Below, in pieces: positions 50,802 to 64,000 of a stretch of DNA of 64,000 nucleotides. The translations under genes were made by a program, and so were the position numbers. Origin of the DNA: Lytechinus pictus (Eukaryota); NCBI RefSeq assembly GCF_037042905.1, contig NC_087246.1, forward strand, positions 9,612,001 to 9,676,000. The letters are read 5' to 3'. Below the pieces are notes generated by a model. That model had not been told where the DNA came from, did not search any database, and saw only the letters and a program-made list of their open reading frames with translations. Every line of letters starts with the position of its first letter. The stretch's first letter is position 1.

Positions 50802-52674
50802 CTATAATTTCTCCATTGCAATACGCATACGAGTCAATATTGTGTTTTGGGCTTCCTTGGCACTTGCTTCTGTGAATGATTTTGTCACCCAGGGAGATGA
50901 GATGCGTGCATGGTAACTGAGATAAGCTCCTGGCCCACGATGCCCTGACCTGGGCTCCACACCCCATGTCACATGACCCACTACAGTGCCATACCAGACC
51001 GAGTAATGGAAATTAAGAATGCTGTCCGGTCTGCACAGAAAGTAAATAATTTTTCAAATGAACTTAAGGCAGCAAAATCTAGGTAGAAAACGTCCACAAC
51101 ATTATAATGTAATTCCTTTGCACAAAAGTGTATTATGAATACGAAATGTCAACAAAAATTAAGGAACAAAATGATGTCTAATTTCTAAAATGTCAGGTCA
51201 ACATAATATTGGGGGAAAATAGGACGCTGGTCTACCAGCAATTCAAAGACTAAATAGTAAAATAAAAAATGAAGGTGCAGAATTGCTGGAAAATTGAAAT
51301 TAAATTCATAATCTTTAAAAGATGCAATAGCAATCTTCCATCTTGGACCAAAAAGGGTGACATTAATACTATTAGAAATTAGGAAAACTGAGTTCATCTT
51401 ACTTTGTAAATTCCATTTTGGTATCAAAGATCACTGGGAGAGTGAAGTTGAAGACTGTGGGAACATGCTCTTCTATTGTGTGGAACTCTGTGATAATGCC
51501 ATCTGCAGACTTCTCACTGCCTATCTTTTTAGTTGATACTCTACAAAACAAGCAGAGAATAGTTTTGAAAATATGTGGATTTTATTCTTAATTATTGAAA
51601 AGTGGTTTTATTGAAAAAAAATAATATCAATGAAACCAAAATATACAAGTGTGGAAGACTGAAGCCTTAGTGTACAACAACATGTCTATGCACATAAATA
51701 TCTATTAAACAGCAAAGTGAATGGTTTCAAGTTAACTACCCCCCCCCCTACAAAAAACTCAAATCATATTGAAACTTTTCTACTATTGGGAATCAAAATT
51801 TTGAGGGGGCATCACATTAAATTTAGGCCGTTTTAAAATGAATTTCTACGTTTGTGATAGATTTTGACATAATATTCAACAAATAAAATATTTCACACTT
51901 TTCCCTTTCAGCTTATGAAATGGTTGACAAATTTCTTCTCGCTTTTTTTTCTGGGGGGGGGGGGGGGCAGAGCCCCTAAGTCCCTTATATATGTGTGTCT
52001 GTGTCTACAAGTCAAAGACATTTATTAGATCTGATTCTATGTCTACAAAAATAGAAGTGGTAAGCCCATTAAATTGCTAGAGCCTATATGAACTCTGACT
52101 TAATTATCATTATCACTGATCAGGATCGGATTTACTAGATATTATACTACTAGATCTACTTGTAAGAGAAGACAGAGGTCCATTTCGGATTATTGTTTCG
52201 ATTGTTACATGCCCTCTTCAATCTCAGGCACTTCGGATTATTTTTAAATTGTTACATACCCTCTTCATGACTTCAATTTCAGGACAAGTAGCGTTAAAAA
52301 TTTTCAAAATATTCACAATCTCATGACTCATTCATCTGGAATCTTTTCATTGTCATTAATGACGAACTTGTCTTTAGTTAATGATTAACATCACTTCGTT
52401 TGCATGATGATGGCTTGCGCTTCGAAATGGTATACGGCCGATATGTACTTACTACGGGGAAAGTCGGGCGGACAAGAGTGTCAATGAACCGTTAGTTGCA
52501 TTATACTTACACATACGGCTGGAATCTCTCGATGATATCCATGCTAGATATTGCCTTATACACAGTGGATGGCTTCTGATAAATGAAAATCCCAGATTCT
52601 ATCTCGAATGAGGATTTGGTGAGCATAATATACACAAATATAGCTAAAAGGGCAACAAACACAAAGTTATTCAT
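50802..52674 (-). CDS. 176-aa protein, N-terminal signal/TM segment plus putative SRPBCC (START/polyketide-cyclase-like) domain; exons 52674-52511, 51540-51403, 51030-50802
   Basis: GT-AG introns, both phase 2; 164+138+229=531 nt open; ends TAG TAG TGA. MNNFVFVALLAIFVYIML..EIESGIFIYQKPSTVYKAISSMDIIERFQPYVVSTK..FTKPDSILNFHYS..AKEAQNTILTRMRIAMEKL. The fold call is inferred from the pattern only. Confidence 0.8.
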
Positions 52675-53561
52675 TTTGCCTACTCCTTGAGTGCACCGCT
52701 CCAGATACCAGTACCAGCGATAGGGCGACTAGACCACCAGCAAGCACAGCATTCAAGTTTCAATCCGTGCACCACCACCACCGCACCGGATCGATCGGAA
52801 AGAAACTTTTGTATGTCTTCGCATGCAGGCTAGTAATAGAAATATAGGGTACTTTGGCAGCCAGACACAGTCTCCGATTGTTTGATCAACAAGTAACAAC
52901 TAAATTTGTTGGCTGGCCTAGTTTCTCGTGACCGACCTTTATTTTGTAGTTAACCCCCCCCCCGGCCCCTATTTTTTTGGCGTGTTGAATTTATAACAGC
53001 ACCCTTGTTCAAAAATCGTTCCCATGCAGCGCCCTGAAAAATATTAGAGAAAACATATATATATATATTATATATATATATTTATATAGAAGAAAAATCA
53101 GACGCTAAAAATATTTATCATACTCAGGTATATAGGCAGGCCCATATATTGTATGTGGTCATGACTAATTGCAAATCAAAAATAAATCAATAAAAGAGAA
53201 GAAGTAAAGGCTGCATATTCAGCTCAGGGCCGTAGCCAGGATTTTCTAAGAGGGGGTTCCGAATTATACCGACTTATAAAGAGTGAACCTTCCTTGTATA
53301 TGATCAGTTCCGTTACAGGTTTCGCCAATAGGGGGTCAGAAAAAAAAATCCACAATTTCCCTGATCGGCCACTAAAATAAGTAGTACGAGGCAAGCACAA
53401 ATTTTTGGATAATGAATTTGAGCGCTGAGAGAATTGTTTTTGTAATGGTGATCAAGATGCGTGGCCGTAGAGTGAACAATAATTTTAATGCGTGCATGAA
53501 GCGCAAGATGATAATATAGGCCCTACTGACCTGAAAACAGGAAAAGGAGGGTGTTAATTAA

Positions 53562-54140
53562 AGGGCAAGTCCAAGTTTATTGGAATATAAGGAGAAAAAA
53601 AAACATAACACTGAAAATCTCATCAAAATCGGATGTAAAATAAGAAAGTTATCATATTTTCAATTTCGCTTAATTTCACAAAACAGTTATATGCACATCC
53701 TGGTATATAGGTATGCCATATAGAGTTGGATAAATCCAACTCTAGGAGGTATGCAAATTAGGCAACCGATGACATAGGCCATTCACTATTTCTTTTGTAT
53801 TTTGTTATAGGAAATATGGAATATTTCAAATTTCTCCCCATTGCCATGACGGAAACAAAGTTTTATTCCTTCCTGACCATTGTTTTAACATGTGGCTCAA
53901 CCAAGAGGGTCCTTATTGTAAAATCTGTGAAAATTGAAATATTGTATAATTTAAACAATAAAAAAACAAAAGAAATAGTGAGTGACATCATCAACTCTCT
54001 CATTTGCATATCACTGAGTTGTGCATAATGACTCTTTTTGTGAAAAATAAGCAAAACTTTAAAATGTCATAAATTTCTTATTGAACATCCGATTTTCAGC
54101 TGATGAAATTTTCAGCGTTATTTTTGTTTGATTTTTATCT
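53562..54140. mobile_element. Kolobok-like MITE (family of 26300), right end eroded
   Basis: TTAA|agggcaagtcca. Colinear with 26300-26888. Confidence 0.65.
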
Positions 54141-54251
54141 CATTCAACCAAACAATGCGCGAGCGAAGCGCTAGCTAAAACTTCGTAATATTATCACCTG
54201 AAAACTTGACATTCTAAGCACTTTTCTTACCGATGATCAGGATGTTATTTG

Positions 54252-55682
54252 CAGAGGCGTCGATCCTGGGGGGGCAGGGGGGCGATCGCCCCAACAATGA
54301 AAATATTTGGGGGGCAAACATATAATTTTGCCCCCCAATAATTCCGGATATGCATAAGAAAAAACAAGATTGTAATGTTCAGCAAGCGAGATTGAGATAC
54401 ACAACTCGTTCTTTATTTAAAATCGTGCTCAAAATGTCCGCTTTTCAGATTGGAATATAAAAATTTTCAGCTCGCGCTTCGCGCTCGCATCATTTCTGTA
54501 GCAAAAACCCATATTTTTCATGATTAAATTGGTGAATGTAAATGTCCCGTTTTCAGTTCTAAGCCTCAAAAGAACTGCTTCAATTTGCAATAATCTTTTC
54601 TTGGATATATTGATTTGATTTGATTTTATTCACCAACGATAACAACATATTTACAGATGTTTACATATTACATTATTATGTCATGCATATAAATATTACA
54701 GAAATGAAACATACATGTATATGTTAAGAGCTGATAAAAGGGACCAGAAAATAGCACATGTGCTAGTCGAGCCTGGCCCCTACACATATTAGTAATATAG
54801 GCGAATATTGAACTTTAAAGTATGTTTTTTTTTAAACACAACAAAAACAACAACTACAAAAAAACAAAATAAAATTATGAGTGTAACATTTTATGTTATA
54901 TACAGAGCAATATGATAAGTTATTGATTTAATAAATGATTTTGTAATGAATTCCTGAAATCGTTTCTGGATACTTTTAGTTTGATGGCTAATGGTACATT
55001 ATTCCAGTAATCACTTCCTAAGAAAGATAGAGAGAATTGTCCTTGAGTAGTCCGTAATTTTGGTAAATGTACTTGTCGACCTTCTTTTTGTCTTGTTGGG
55101 TATCTATGCTCTATTACATCGCAATAATCTACTAAAGAGTGAGGTAAGTTATTATTACCCAGGTCATACATGAAGGTACATATAGATAAATTGTGCATTT
55201 CAAATACATTTAGGATCTTTAAATTCTGAAATAATACACGTGTATGAGCTCGCCACTCACTGAATGTGATGGCACGTACTGCCATTTTTTGGGTGTAAAA
55301 TATACAATTTAAGCTACTCTTGTAAGTACTCCCCCACACCTCGATTCCATAAGTTATGTAGCTTGTTCTTTATCAAAAACGTCCAGTAAACTGTCATTTT
55401 TTCAGATCGAAATATCAAAATTTTCAGTTCGCGCTTCGCGCTCGCATCTATTCTTCTTTTAGATACAAATCTTAATCACATGGTACCAAAAATGCTTAGA
55501 ATATCAAGTTTTCAGCTCAGAATATAAAGAAATTTGAGCTCACTCTCGGCACTCGTACTATATATCTGTGTAGTGAGATACGTGTCTGTGTCTCATGAGT
55601 CATATATATATATACATATGTGTGTGTGCGTGTGTTTGAGGGTGTGTGTGTGTGTATATATAATATATATATATATATATAG

Positions 55683-55720
<38 letters not shown>

Positions 55721-55802
55721 GGTGAGTGTTTTGTACGATCGAGCGCCTTTGGAACGTTAATGATTTTGCCCCCCCAATCTGAAAAATGGATCGATGCCCC
55801 TG
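54252..55802. mobile_element. hAT-like non-autonomous element, 8-bp TSD
   Basis: cagaggcgtcgatcc / ggatcgatgcccctg. gttatttg is duplicated at 54244-54251 and 55803-55810. Confidence 0.85.
54611..55360 (-). mobile_element. 5'-truncated CR1/L2-type LINE 3' end
   Basis: YITYGIEVWGSTY..QKMAVRAITFS..HTRVLFQNLKILNV..YWNNVP ORF end (55339-54920), then 3' UTR and an (AAATC)n tail. Confidence 0.85.
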
Positions 55803-58731
55803 GTTATTTGAATAAACTATTGACGCGAGCGCGATCTGAAAATTTTCGATATTCTGATCTGAAAGGTCGACATTATAAGCACTCTTTGTACCAATGATTA
55901 GAATGGGTTTCTAAATAATTAATGCGAAGCGCGAGCAGAAAATTTTCTTTATTCTGACCTGAAAGGTTGACATTATAAGCATTTTTTTTTACCTTTGATT
56001 TGGATGGGTACCTAAATGAACAAATGAAATTTGTTATATTTCGATCTGAAAAAAAAAGTTTATGGAGGTTTGAAATAAAGGACAGGACATCCAATAAATA
56101 ATTATTTTAGGTTTAGACCTGAAGGAGGGACATATAAAGAGGACGTGTATCTTGCAACAGAAATGATGCAAGCGCGAAGCACTAGCTGAAATTTTTTACA
56201 TTTCAATCTGAAAACCAAACATTTTAAAGATGCTTTTGAATAAAGATAACATAATTTTATGTAAAAAACAAAAACAAGTGTGGATATGGCATCATCACTT
56301 TGCTCATTGAATATTCATGAAGATAATTTATGCATAGAACTGTTTCAACCAATCTAGGCAATTCTTGAAAATGATTTGACTGGTCGTTCCTTGTCCGATT
56401 TAATCATATTTTAAGTGGTTTGTCTGTTCATATCATATTATTTTCAGCCTAGAGTACCCCCTTTAATGCGAATTCAAAGCGCTAAAAATGATATAGTCCT
56501 ACTGACCTGAAAAGGGGATATTTCAAACACCGTTCTTTGGAATTCAGGAACGGGTGACAAAAATACCTCGCTAATCAAATATTTTTGCTATTTTTGTGAT
56601 CATAAACAGGATGTTTAATTGCGCCGAAACAAAATAATGAAACTCAAATCACGATTAGATCATGTAGATTCTAGAATAATTTGTGCATATTGACTTAAAA
56701 AACGGGATCTTAGAAACTCGGAGCCTCCCGGTGCATAAATCTGCCGAAGGACGTACAACTTCACTCTGAGGGGGTCTGAGGACATTTTCCACCGAAGTAA
56801 ACACCCACGAAGGACAATTCCTCTTGAGGACAACTTACGCATCTGCAGAGCCACCCCCCCCCCCCCGAAAGGTCACGAAGGACGTATATCGCAGGCCGCC
56901 TATAGTATAGTACAGTATAGTATTTATTTTGTTTGTTTAATTTTTATTTCTGCGTTCACAATACATTGTCAAAAATATTTACATTGTTTGCAATATACAA
57001 AATAATCCATAATGTATACAATATAAACATAATACATAATCAGAAAACAAAATGGTGTGAGCATATACTTCACATTTTAATAATAATAAAAAAATCAATA
57101 TCAACAAATGAACGCACGAGACCGCCATCGTATAAAAACAAAAATACAAAACGGATGGATAGACCATTTTCAATTTTGTGTACATGACAAGCTGCATGCT
57201 CTTCCATGGGGTCCATATACAATAAAAGTAAACACATATGAAAGAAACATAACATATACAGTAAATCAAACAAAATAACAAAAGTGATATAATATCACCT
57301 GTTACTAATAGGAAAGGATGATAAAATTCAATATTTTGTCAAGAATTTACACGAAATATTTTATAAAATGAATTGGGCTGCTGTCATATAATTGAAGGAG
57401 CAAACGACTGCTCTAGGTAAGGAATAATAAAATGAATATACAATTATTGCAAACTGTTAAATAACACAAGATTGTACGCCGATTATACGGTTCCTTATAC
57501 ATCTCCATCACTTTAAAATGCATTTAAAGTGCATTTAAAGTGATGGAAGATAATATCTAGACATCTTTCATCACTCATGAATTTAATTTGGGAATTAAGG
57601 AAGACATTTTGTCTTTATCATAATAATAAAGATAACTGTAACAACTGAACAGTACAGATCTACATGACTGTATGATGAAAAAATAATGAAATAACATGAT
57701 TTCGCCGACTATTATCATCTACATATGGAAACATTAATCATTTCCATGCTTATAATCCACCTCCGCCATTTTACCTTTGCTTTTGTTACCTCTGTCATTC
57801 ATTAACCTGCATCCACATACCTATTATAGGCCTACTTTATAACGGCGAATAGTAGGTGAGAATTGTCATTAAAATATTAACAATTTTATTTAATTATTCG
57901 GCCATAAAAAACACACAAATCGTTCAATGCAAATATAATAATTCCATACTATAGTTGAATGACTAAGTCTTGATAGGTATTACACAATACCTGACGACTA
58001 GTTAGACGTCAGTGTCAAATAAATTATATGGACCGGGATCGCTTTCGGATAAAAATGGCCAAGCTAGCTTTCAACTTTTTTTTTTATATACCCGGCCGAA
58101 TAGACCTGTTTCAAAACCTTTAATAAAAGTCAAAATGATGTAGCAAGACAACTTGCTGCATCGCACTGACAATTTTCCAGCAGCAACTGCAGCTTTTAAA
58201 TTCATATAATCCCTATTCTAATCCTTTTTATTTCAACATAGAAGTCGTTATTGACCATTCAGTGAAAAACATATACATAACCTTATACATAAGAAACATA
58301 TATATAATTGATAGAATATTTACAAAATCCAACATATTAATTACAATTGAGCAAACGCATACTATGAGTCACAAAAGTTATAAAATTGAATTCAAAGAGT
58401 TTGAAAATGAGTTTGCAGCTAAGTAATTGAATATGATAAGATTGAGTGAGTAAGATAACTATTTATGAATTCCGATAAAATATTTTTCTTTTTTGCATGT
58501 AGTTGTGCCTTTGTATATTTTTTTACATTAGATGGAAGTGTATAGGTTTTTTTTATAATCATTATCCTACTTTTTTTTACAAAACGGTAATAATTCCCTT
58601 CTAAATCCTTATGTACTCTGCCATAACTCTCTTTGCCAACATAGCAAATATATTATAATTTAATGCAACAGATTATCTAAGCTTGATTTTCTGCAATGAT
58701 TGGTTTACCGCTTTCCAACATTTTCGAAATA

Positions 58732-60151
58732 CAGTGCGTCCCAGAAAAAAACGAAACCGAGATTTAGCGATGATTTATCATAACTTAATCACAAATACAA
58801 TAGACAAATGACCTACCAATGTAAAGCTTAGAATCTCCTCTTTCATCTGATATTACTTAAATTATTCCTCATTCACGCATGAGCGAGCAAAAACAATTTG
58901 AAGAAAGGATACCAAAAACTCATTTGGCGGGGGGTATCTGAATTTCAAAAAGAAAATCACATGTCTTAAAAGTTCAATATCTGCTCTTTAATTTGATACC
59001 TCAATTACAGAAAATGGTCAAGAAATAACAAAGTTCTGGTTATTTGAAATAAGGCTTGAATTTCCATAATTTCATTAAATAAACTGTTTTCACCAGTTTC
59101 CCACAGAAGCTATCGCATGGTTAACAAAAGACTTAAAGGGGAATCCAGCTTTGGTCATAATATGTTGTGTTTGAAAGGAGAAAATTGAATAAAACAGAAT
59201 GGTGAAAGTTTGAAAGAAATCGGAAAAGCAATAAGAAAGTTATGGCTGTTTTAAAATCGAGATCCCTAAGACTATGTAGATTTCAAATTGGCAACTAGGT
59301 AAGTAAATTATGACAAGGGGCAAGGACAACTTTCCCATAGGGCATGTACTTTATTATCAGTGATTTGTGGTTTTCTCCCAAGAACTCATTCCCCTGGGGC
59401 TGTAATCTAAATATAGCCTAGGTAGCGTATTGTTTAATGTTCTCATGAAAGAAAAATATAATTTGAAGTAAAACATTTGAAAAAAAATGTAATTGTAGTC
59501 AATTCATGTATTGGAGTACATGGAAGAGTAGTCCTTGCCTTACATCATTATGTCATCACATTTGTTGCCAATTTGAAATCTCCATAGGTATAGTGATTAC
59601 CTATATTCACAACTTTTAAAAATTCATAACTTTCATATTGTTTGTCCGATATTGTTCAAACTTTCACCTATCAACTTGCCTGATTTTCCGTTTTCCTCTG
59701 AAAGCAAGTTTTTATTTGGGTTGGATTCCCCTTTAATGCATGGCTGATCGTAAACAAAACGGAGTGTCGAGTGAGTTTGAACGCTAGCCTGTAAAACCTC
59801 TTCATTTTATGAAATTATTGAAATTCAAGCCTTATTTCAAATAACCAGAACTTTGTTATTTCTTGACCATTTTCTGTAATTGAGGTATCAAATTAAAGAG
59901 CAGATATTGAACTTTTTAAAAATGTGGGTTTCCTTTAGAAAGCCAGATACAACCCGCCAAATGAGTTTTTGGTATCCCCTCTTCAAATTGTTTTTGCTCA
60001 CTCATGCGTGAAGGAGAAATAATCTAAGTAATATCAGATGAAAGAGGAGATTCTAAGCTTTACATTGGTAGGTCATTTGTCTACTTTATTTGTGATTAAG
60101 TTATGATAAATCATCGCTAAATCTCGGTTTCGTTTTTTCTGGGACGCACTG
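58732..60151. mobile_element. Tc1/mariner-type palindromic MITE, TA TSD
   Basis: TA|cagtgcgtcccagaaaaaa ... ttttttctgggacgcactg|TA, ~350-bp arms. Confidence 0.9.
59137..59732. mobile_element. TTAA-flanked Kolobok-like MITE nested in the above
   Basis: TTAA|aggggaatcca ... tggattcccct|TTAA. Confidence 0.85.
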
Positions 60152-62086
60152 TATAACATGTTTAGACCTACATAATGTCAACGAGTACACCTTTTATAGC
60201 ATTTAGCTCAAATGTTATGAGGTTTTTGTGTAGAGGGATGCTTTACCCATGTATATAGGGCTTTCACAATTAGTCCAGGATAGGCCCCATAGAAACTTGA
60301 CCAAACCTTGTTTTTTTATATATACAATATTTTTTGATGGTTTCTTGTCAATTCGAGGGTGCTGATAACGAATCTGGATGATGCCACTCGTGTAACCTTG
60401 AGCATTTTCCGCAAATTGGCAAAATCCAATATGGCCGCCAAAACATGCAAATTACTCATGAAAATCATAAAATTGTCCGCACATTGGCTATGAAATGCAT
60501 GAAATCGTGTGGCAGGAGTGAAATACTCTCTCAAAAAATGATTTTTGACAAAATATTTATTTTCCTGATATTCAAAATGGCCGCCATAGGCCATTGTATA
60601 CTCTATTATGTACAATATGAATAGGAAAAACTAATTTTCACAAAAATGAGCACTAAACTGCAAAAAATCGCGATGTATGAACGAAGTAATATATGCAAAT
60701 CATCATTACTAACGAGATATATCATTCATTATGTCATATATGGGAATATTGCTGTATTTTGATATCTAAAATAGCCCACTGGCCCAAACAGTATTATGTA
60801 CAATGGCAATGACCGGGGCCAAAAAAATGACAATTAAGAGTGAGCACTAAAATGCATATTATTAAGATAAAGAGTGGAATACTGACTAAAAACATAATTG
60901 TTAAAGGTATAGTGTATGATTGGTTGATCTCAGACAAGGGCAATGAATCAATTTTGAAATTATTACATTCATTAAATACCTATATAATTGCTCTATTTTA
61001 TCACGGAAAAGAAACTTGCATAACTTTTATATTCTCATGATATTGAGGGGTGAAACATATATTATAACAATTATCGGTTAATCGATATAAGGTTGAACTT
61101 TCTTATTGACGCCCTCTCGGGTTAAAAAATAAATTGATATTAGAACACCGTTCGAATCATGCATATTCATTACGACTCATGCATATTGATGAAATACGTC
61201 ATGGCGCATGCGCAGTATCAAGAAATCCCCGTATCAACAAAGTGCAGTACTCTGTGTGTGTAGCTGAGTAGAAAGCAAACATCGAACGGTGCGTGCAAGC
61301 TCAATGAGCCGATGCTAGGCGGCTAGCGACATGCTTGCGCTCTGCATTAGTTTCAGATATAATCCACTATTTGCGATAGCACACACAGGATAAGAATACT
61401 ATATTGAGCTATATCCATAAATGTATCGTACGCGTGAAAAAGGATTCAGACACGTTGATTATCTGACGTGAATGACGAAGCAAAGGATTGCCCAATACGG
61501 CTTACTTTCGGACTCTTATGTCATGAATCTGAAAGTACTCCAAGACTAAAAGAGATACGAGAATCCCAGAGATGGGCAAGGGCCGAGTTCCGAGTTTGAT
61601 CTTTATTCATGTGGATTGTAGCTCTTTTATGCACCTTTCCCTTCATGTATAGCTTGGCGTGATACATATACGGGAACTACAGCGAGGCGCTATAGCGCAG
61701 CTCACTGTATTTATACTCTGTATACTGACTCCTTGGCCCTCCCCAAAGGAAAGGGGGAGGGAGGAGAGAGAAGAAAGAAAGAAGTGGATTGGTGAAAGAG
61801 AATCAGGAGAGCCATCATAAAGGGATATGGATACAACATACCCTAATTTGATATTTTGGTGTTTTTTTATCTTTCCTGAATGTTTCAGTCAGTTTCAGAT
61901 TATTTAGATCCACTCGCAAAGTACAGAGGAGAAATTGGAAAAAAAAGTTAGACCAAAAATATTTAAAACTCTAAACAGACGGCCACCACCATTCTGTCTA
62001 CAGCCAAGCATGAAGGGAAAGGGCGAAGAGAAAAACGATTACTTTCAGAGCAGGTTCTACGATATAAAACAGGGTTTGTTTAATAC

Positions 62087-62280
62087 GGGGTTAAATATAG
62101 GCCTATAGTAAAACATAACGAAGATGCAATCATATAGGCCTAAAGTAAAACATAACGAATATGCAACCCCAATGCGGGGTTAAATATAGGCCTATAGTAA
62201 AACATAACGAAGATGCAACCCCAATGCGGGGTTAAATATAGGCCTATAGTAAAACATAACGAAGATACAATCCCAATGCA
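62087..62280. repeat. 52-bp minisatellite, ~4 copies
   Basis: ggggttaaatataggcctatagtaaaacataacgaagatgcaaccccaatgc at 62177 and 62229, plus variants. Confidence 0.85.
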
Positions 62281-62694
62281 ACACTTGACTACTCTTCGTT
62301 TGTTTAGATTGAACTCGCGAGGTCAAAAGGTGAGCTGAGAAACCTGTTGATGCGAAGTACGTACGTGTAGTCTACATTGTGTAGACCGTGATAGCATGAA
62401 TGTGACCAACGTACGCATCAAGTTGCTAATTTCTGTTATTTCTGTTGCCGAGGTTTTTACCTGACTGCTAACAAAGCACGAATGCCTGTGAGCAAGCAAC
62501 CAGGGGACCAACGGCTCAAGGTCGAACAAGCAGAGTAAAGGCGTCATGAGTCAAAAAATGAGGGGGGGGCAGACATGACGTCAGGGACAAGATTTCTGGG
62601 AAAACTCTTATTTTTGCATCCACACAAGAAAGCTTGCATCGAGATATGGAAAAATGAGAAGTTGAGTATTGCGCGGTGCACGTGCTTCAGAGTT

Positions 62695-64000
62695 CCCAGG
62701 TAACAAGCCAACGTTGGCTCCACGTTGGAAACTTGAAAGTCGTTGGACGTTGGGAAAACTTGATGGATTAACGTTGAATCGACGTTGGAAACTAGTTTGA
62801 TGGAAAGATGATGGACAATCAACAATGACACGACGTTGGCAACGTTGGAAACTTGTTAGTCGGAGAGTTGTTGGACAGTCGACAATGTCACAACGTTGGA
62901 AACACGTTTGATTGGATAGTTGTTGAACAGCCAGCAAAGGCACAACGTTGGCAACGTTGGAAACTAGTTCGCTGGAAAGTTGTTGAACAACCGACAATGG
63001 CACAACGTTGACAAAGTTGGAAACTAGTTTGTTGGAGATTTGTTGGACGGTCGACAATGGCACAACGTTGGAGACTAGTAAGTTGGAGAGTTGTTGGACA
63101 GTCGACAATGTCACAACGTTGGAGACACGTTTGATTGGATAGTTGTTGACAGCCAGCAAAGACACAACGTTGGCAACGTTGGAAACTAGTTCGCTGGAAA
63201 GTTGTTGAACAACCGACAATGGCACAACGTTGACAAAGTTGGAAACTAGTTTGTTGGAGATTTGTTGGACGGTCGACAATGTCACAACGTTGGAGACACG
63301 TTTGATTGGATAGTTGTTGACAGCCAGCAAAGACACAACGTTGGCAACGTTGGAAACTAGTTCGCTGGAAAGTTGTTGAACAATCAACAATGACACGACG
63401 TTGGCAACGTTGGAAACTTGTTAGTTGGAGAGTTGTTGGACAGTCGACAATGGCACAACGATGGAAATTAGTAGGTTGGAGATTAGTTGGATAGTCAACG
63501 ATGACACAAGGTTGGCAACGTTGGAAACTAGTTCGATGGAAAGTTGTTGAACAACCAACTATGGCACAACGTTGTCAAAGCTAGAAACTAGTTCGATGGA
63601 GATTTGTTGGATAGTCGACGATGGCACAACGTTGGAAACTGGTAGATTGGAGATTAGTTAGATAGTATACAATGACACAACGTTGATAAAGCTGGAAACT
63701 AGTTAGATGGAAAGTTGTTGAACAACTGACACTGGCACAACGTTGGAAACTGGTAGATTGGAGATCAGTAGGATAGTCGACGATGACACAACGTTGGCAA
63801 CGTTGGAAAGTTGTTGAACAACAGACAATGGCACAACATTGGAAACTAGTGTGTTGGAGATTTGTTGGACAGCCAACAACGTCACAACGTTGGAAACGCG
63901 TGTTTGATTGGATAGGTGTTGAACAGCCAACAAAGGCACATCGTTGACTACGTCGGAAACTAGTTCGATGGAGAGTTGCTGAACAACCGACAAAGGAACA
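62695..64000 (+). mobile_element. CCCAG-terminus element with aacgttgg tandem array, runs off the window end
   Basis: Near-identical start to 9387, with additional internal repeat units. Confidence 0.85.

Noticed and set aside
52180..52410. Exon-like stretch in intron 1 of the SRPBCC-like gene, with a short tandem duplication
   Set aside because: Multiple stops in the candidate frame and no identifiable homology. The gene splices in phase without it.
62608..63993. 262-aa and other VVQQLS-repeat ORFs (also 9095-9917)
   Set aside because: Stop-free by-products of the aacgttgg array inside a transposon.

Overview
Animal (eukaryotic) genomic DNA: AT-rich and intron-containing, with much of the window made up of nested transposon-derived repeats. 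The repeat inventory looks echinoderm/sea-urchin-like (inference, not verified). Two spliced protein-coding genes can be assembled by hand on the minus strand. (1) A thiopurine S-methyltransferase (TPMT) gene: 8 coding exons, 37831->28708, 223 aa, with an extra stop-containing copy of its last exon inside the final intron. (2) A 3-exon, 176-aa gene (52674->50802) with an N-terminal hydrophobic segment and a SRPBCC/START-like pattern. The rest is a truncated Ty3/Gypsy gag-pro-RT, an IR/DR Tc1 element whose DD34E transposase has a GT-AG intron, a Helentron/DINE-like element hosting several insertions including a ~4-kb near-perfect palindrome, foldback elements, many MITEs with readable target-site duplications (TSDs), and RTE and CR1/L2 LINE fragments. 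The most unusual observations are: a 399-bp unit carrying a cloverleaf tRNA gene with a UCA (opal-reading) anticodon, inserted as an inverted plus tandem array into a (TA)n tract in a TPMT intron; and a family of 16-30 bp CATGG...CCATG micro-hairpins with 7-8 bp TSDs that resemble P-element-type excision footprints. All coordinates were read by eye. Family assignments of non-coding elements rest only on termini and TSD rules.
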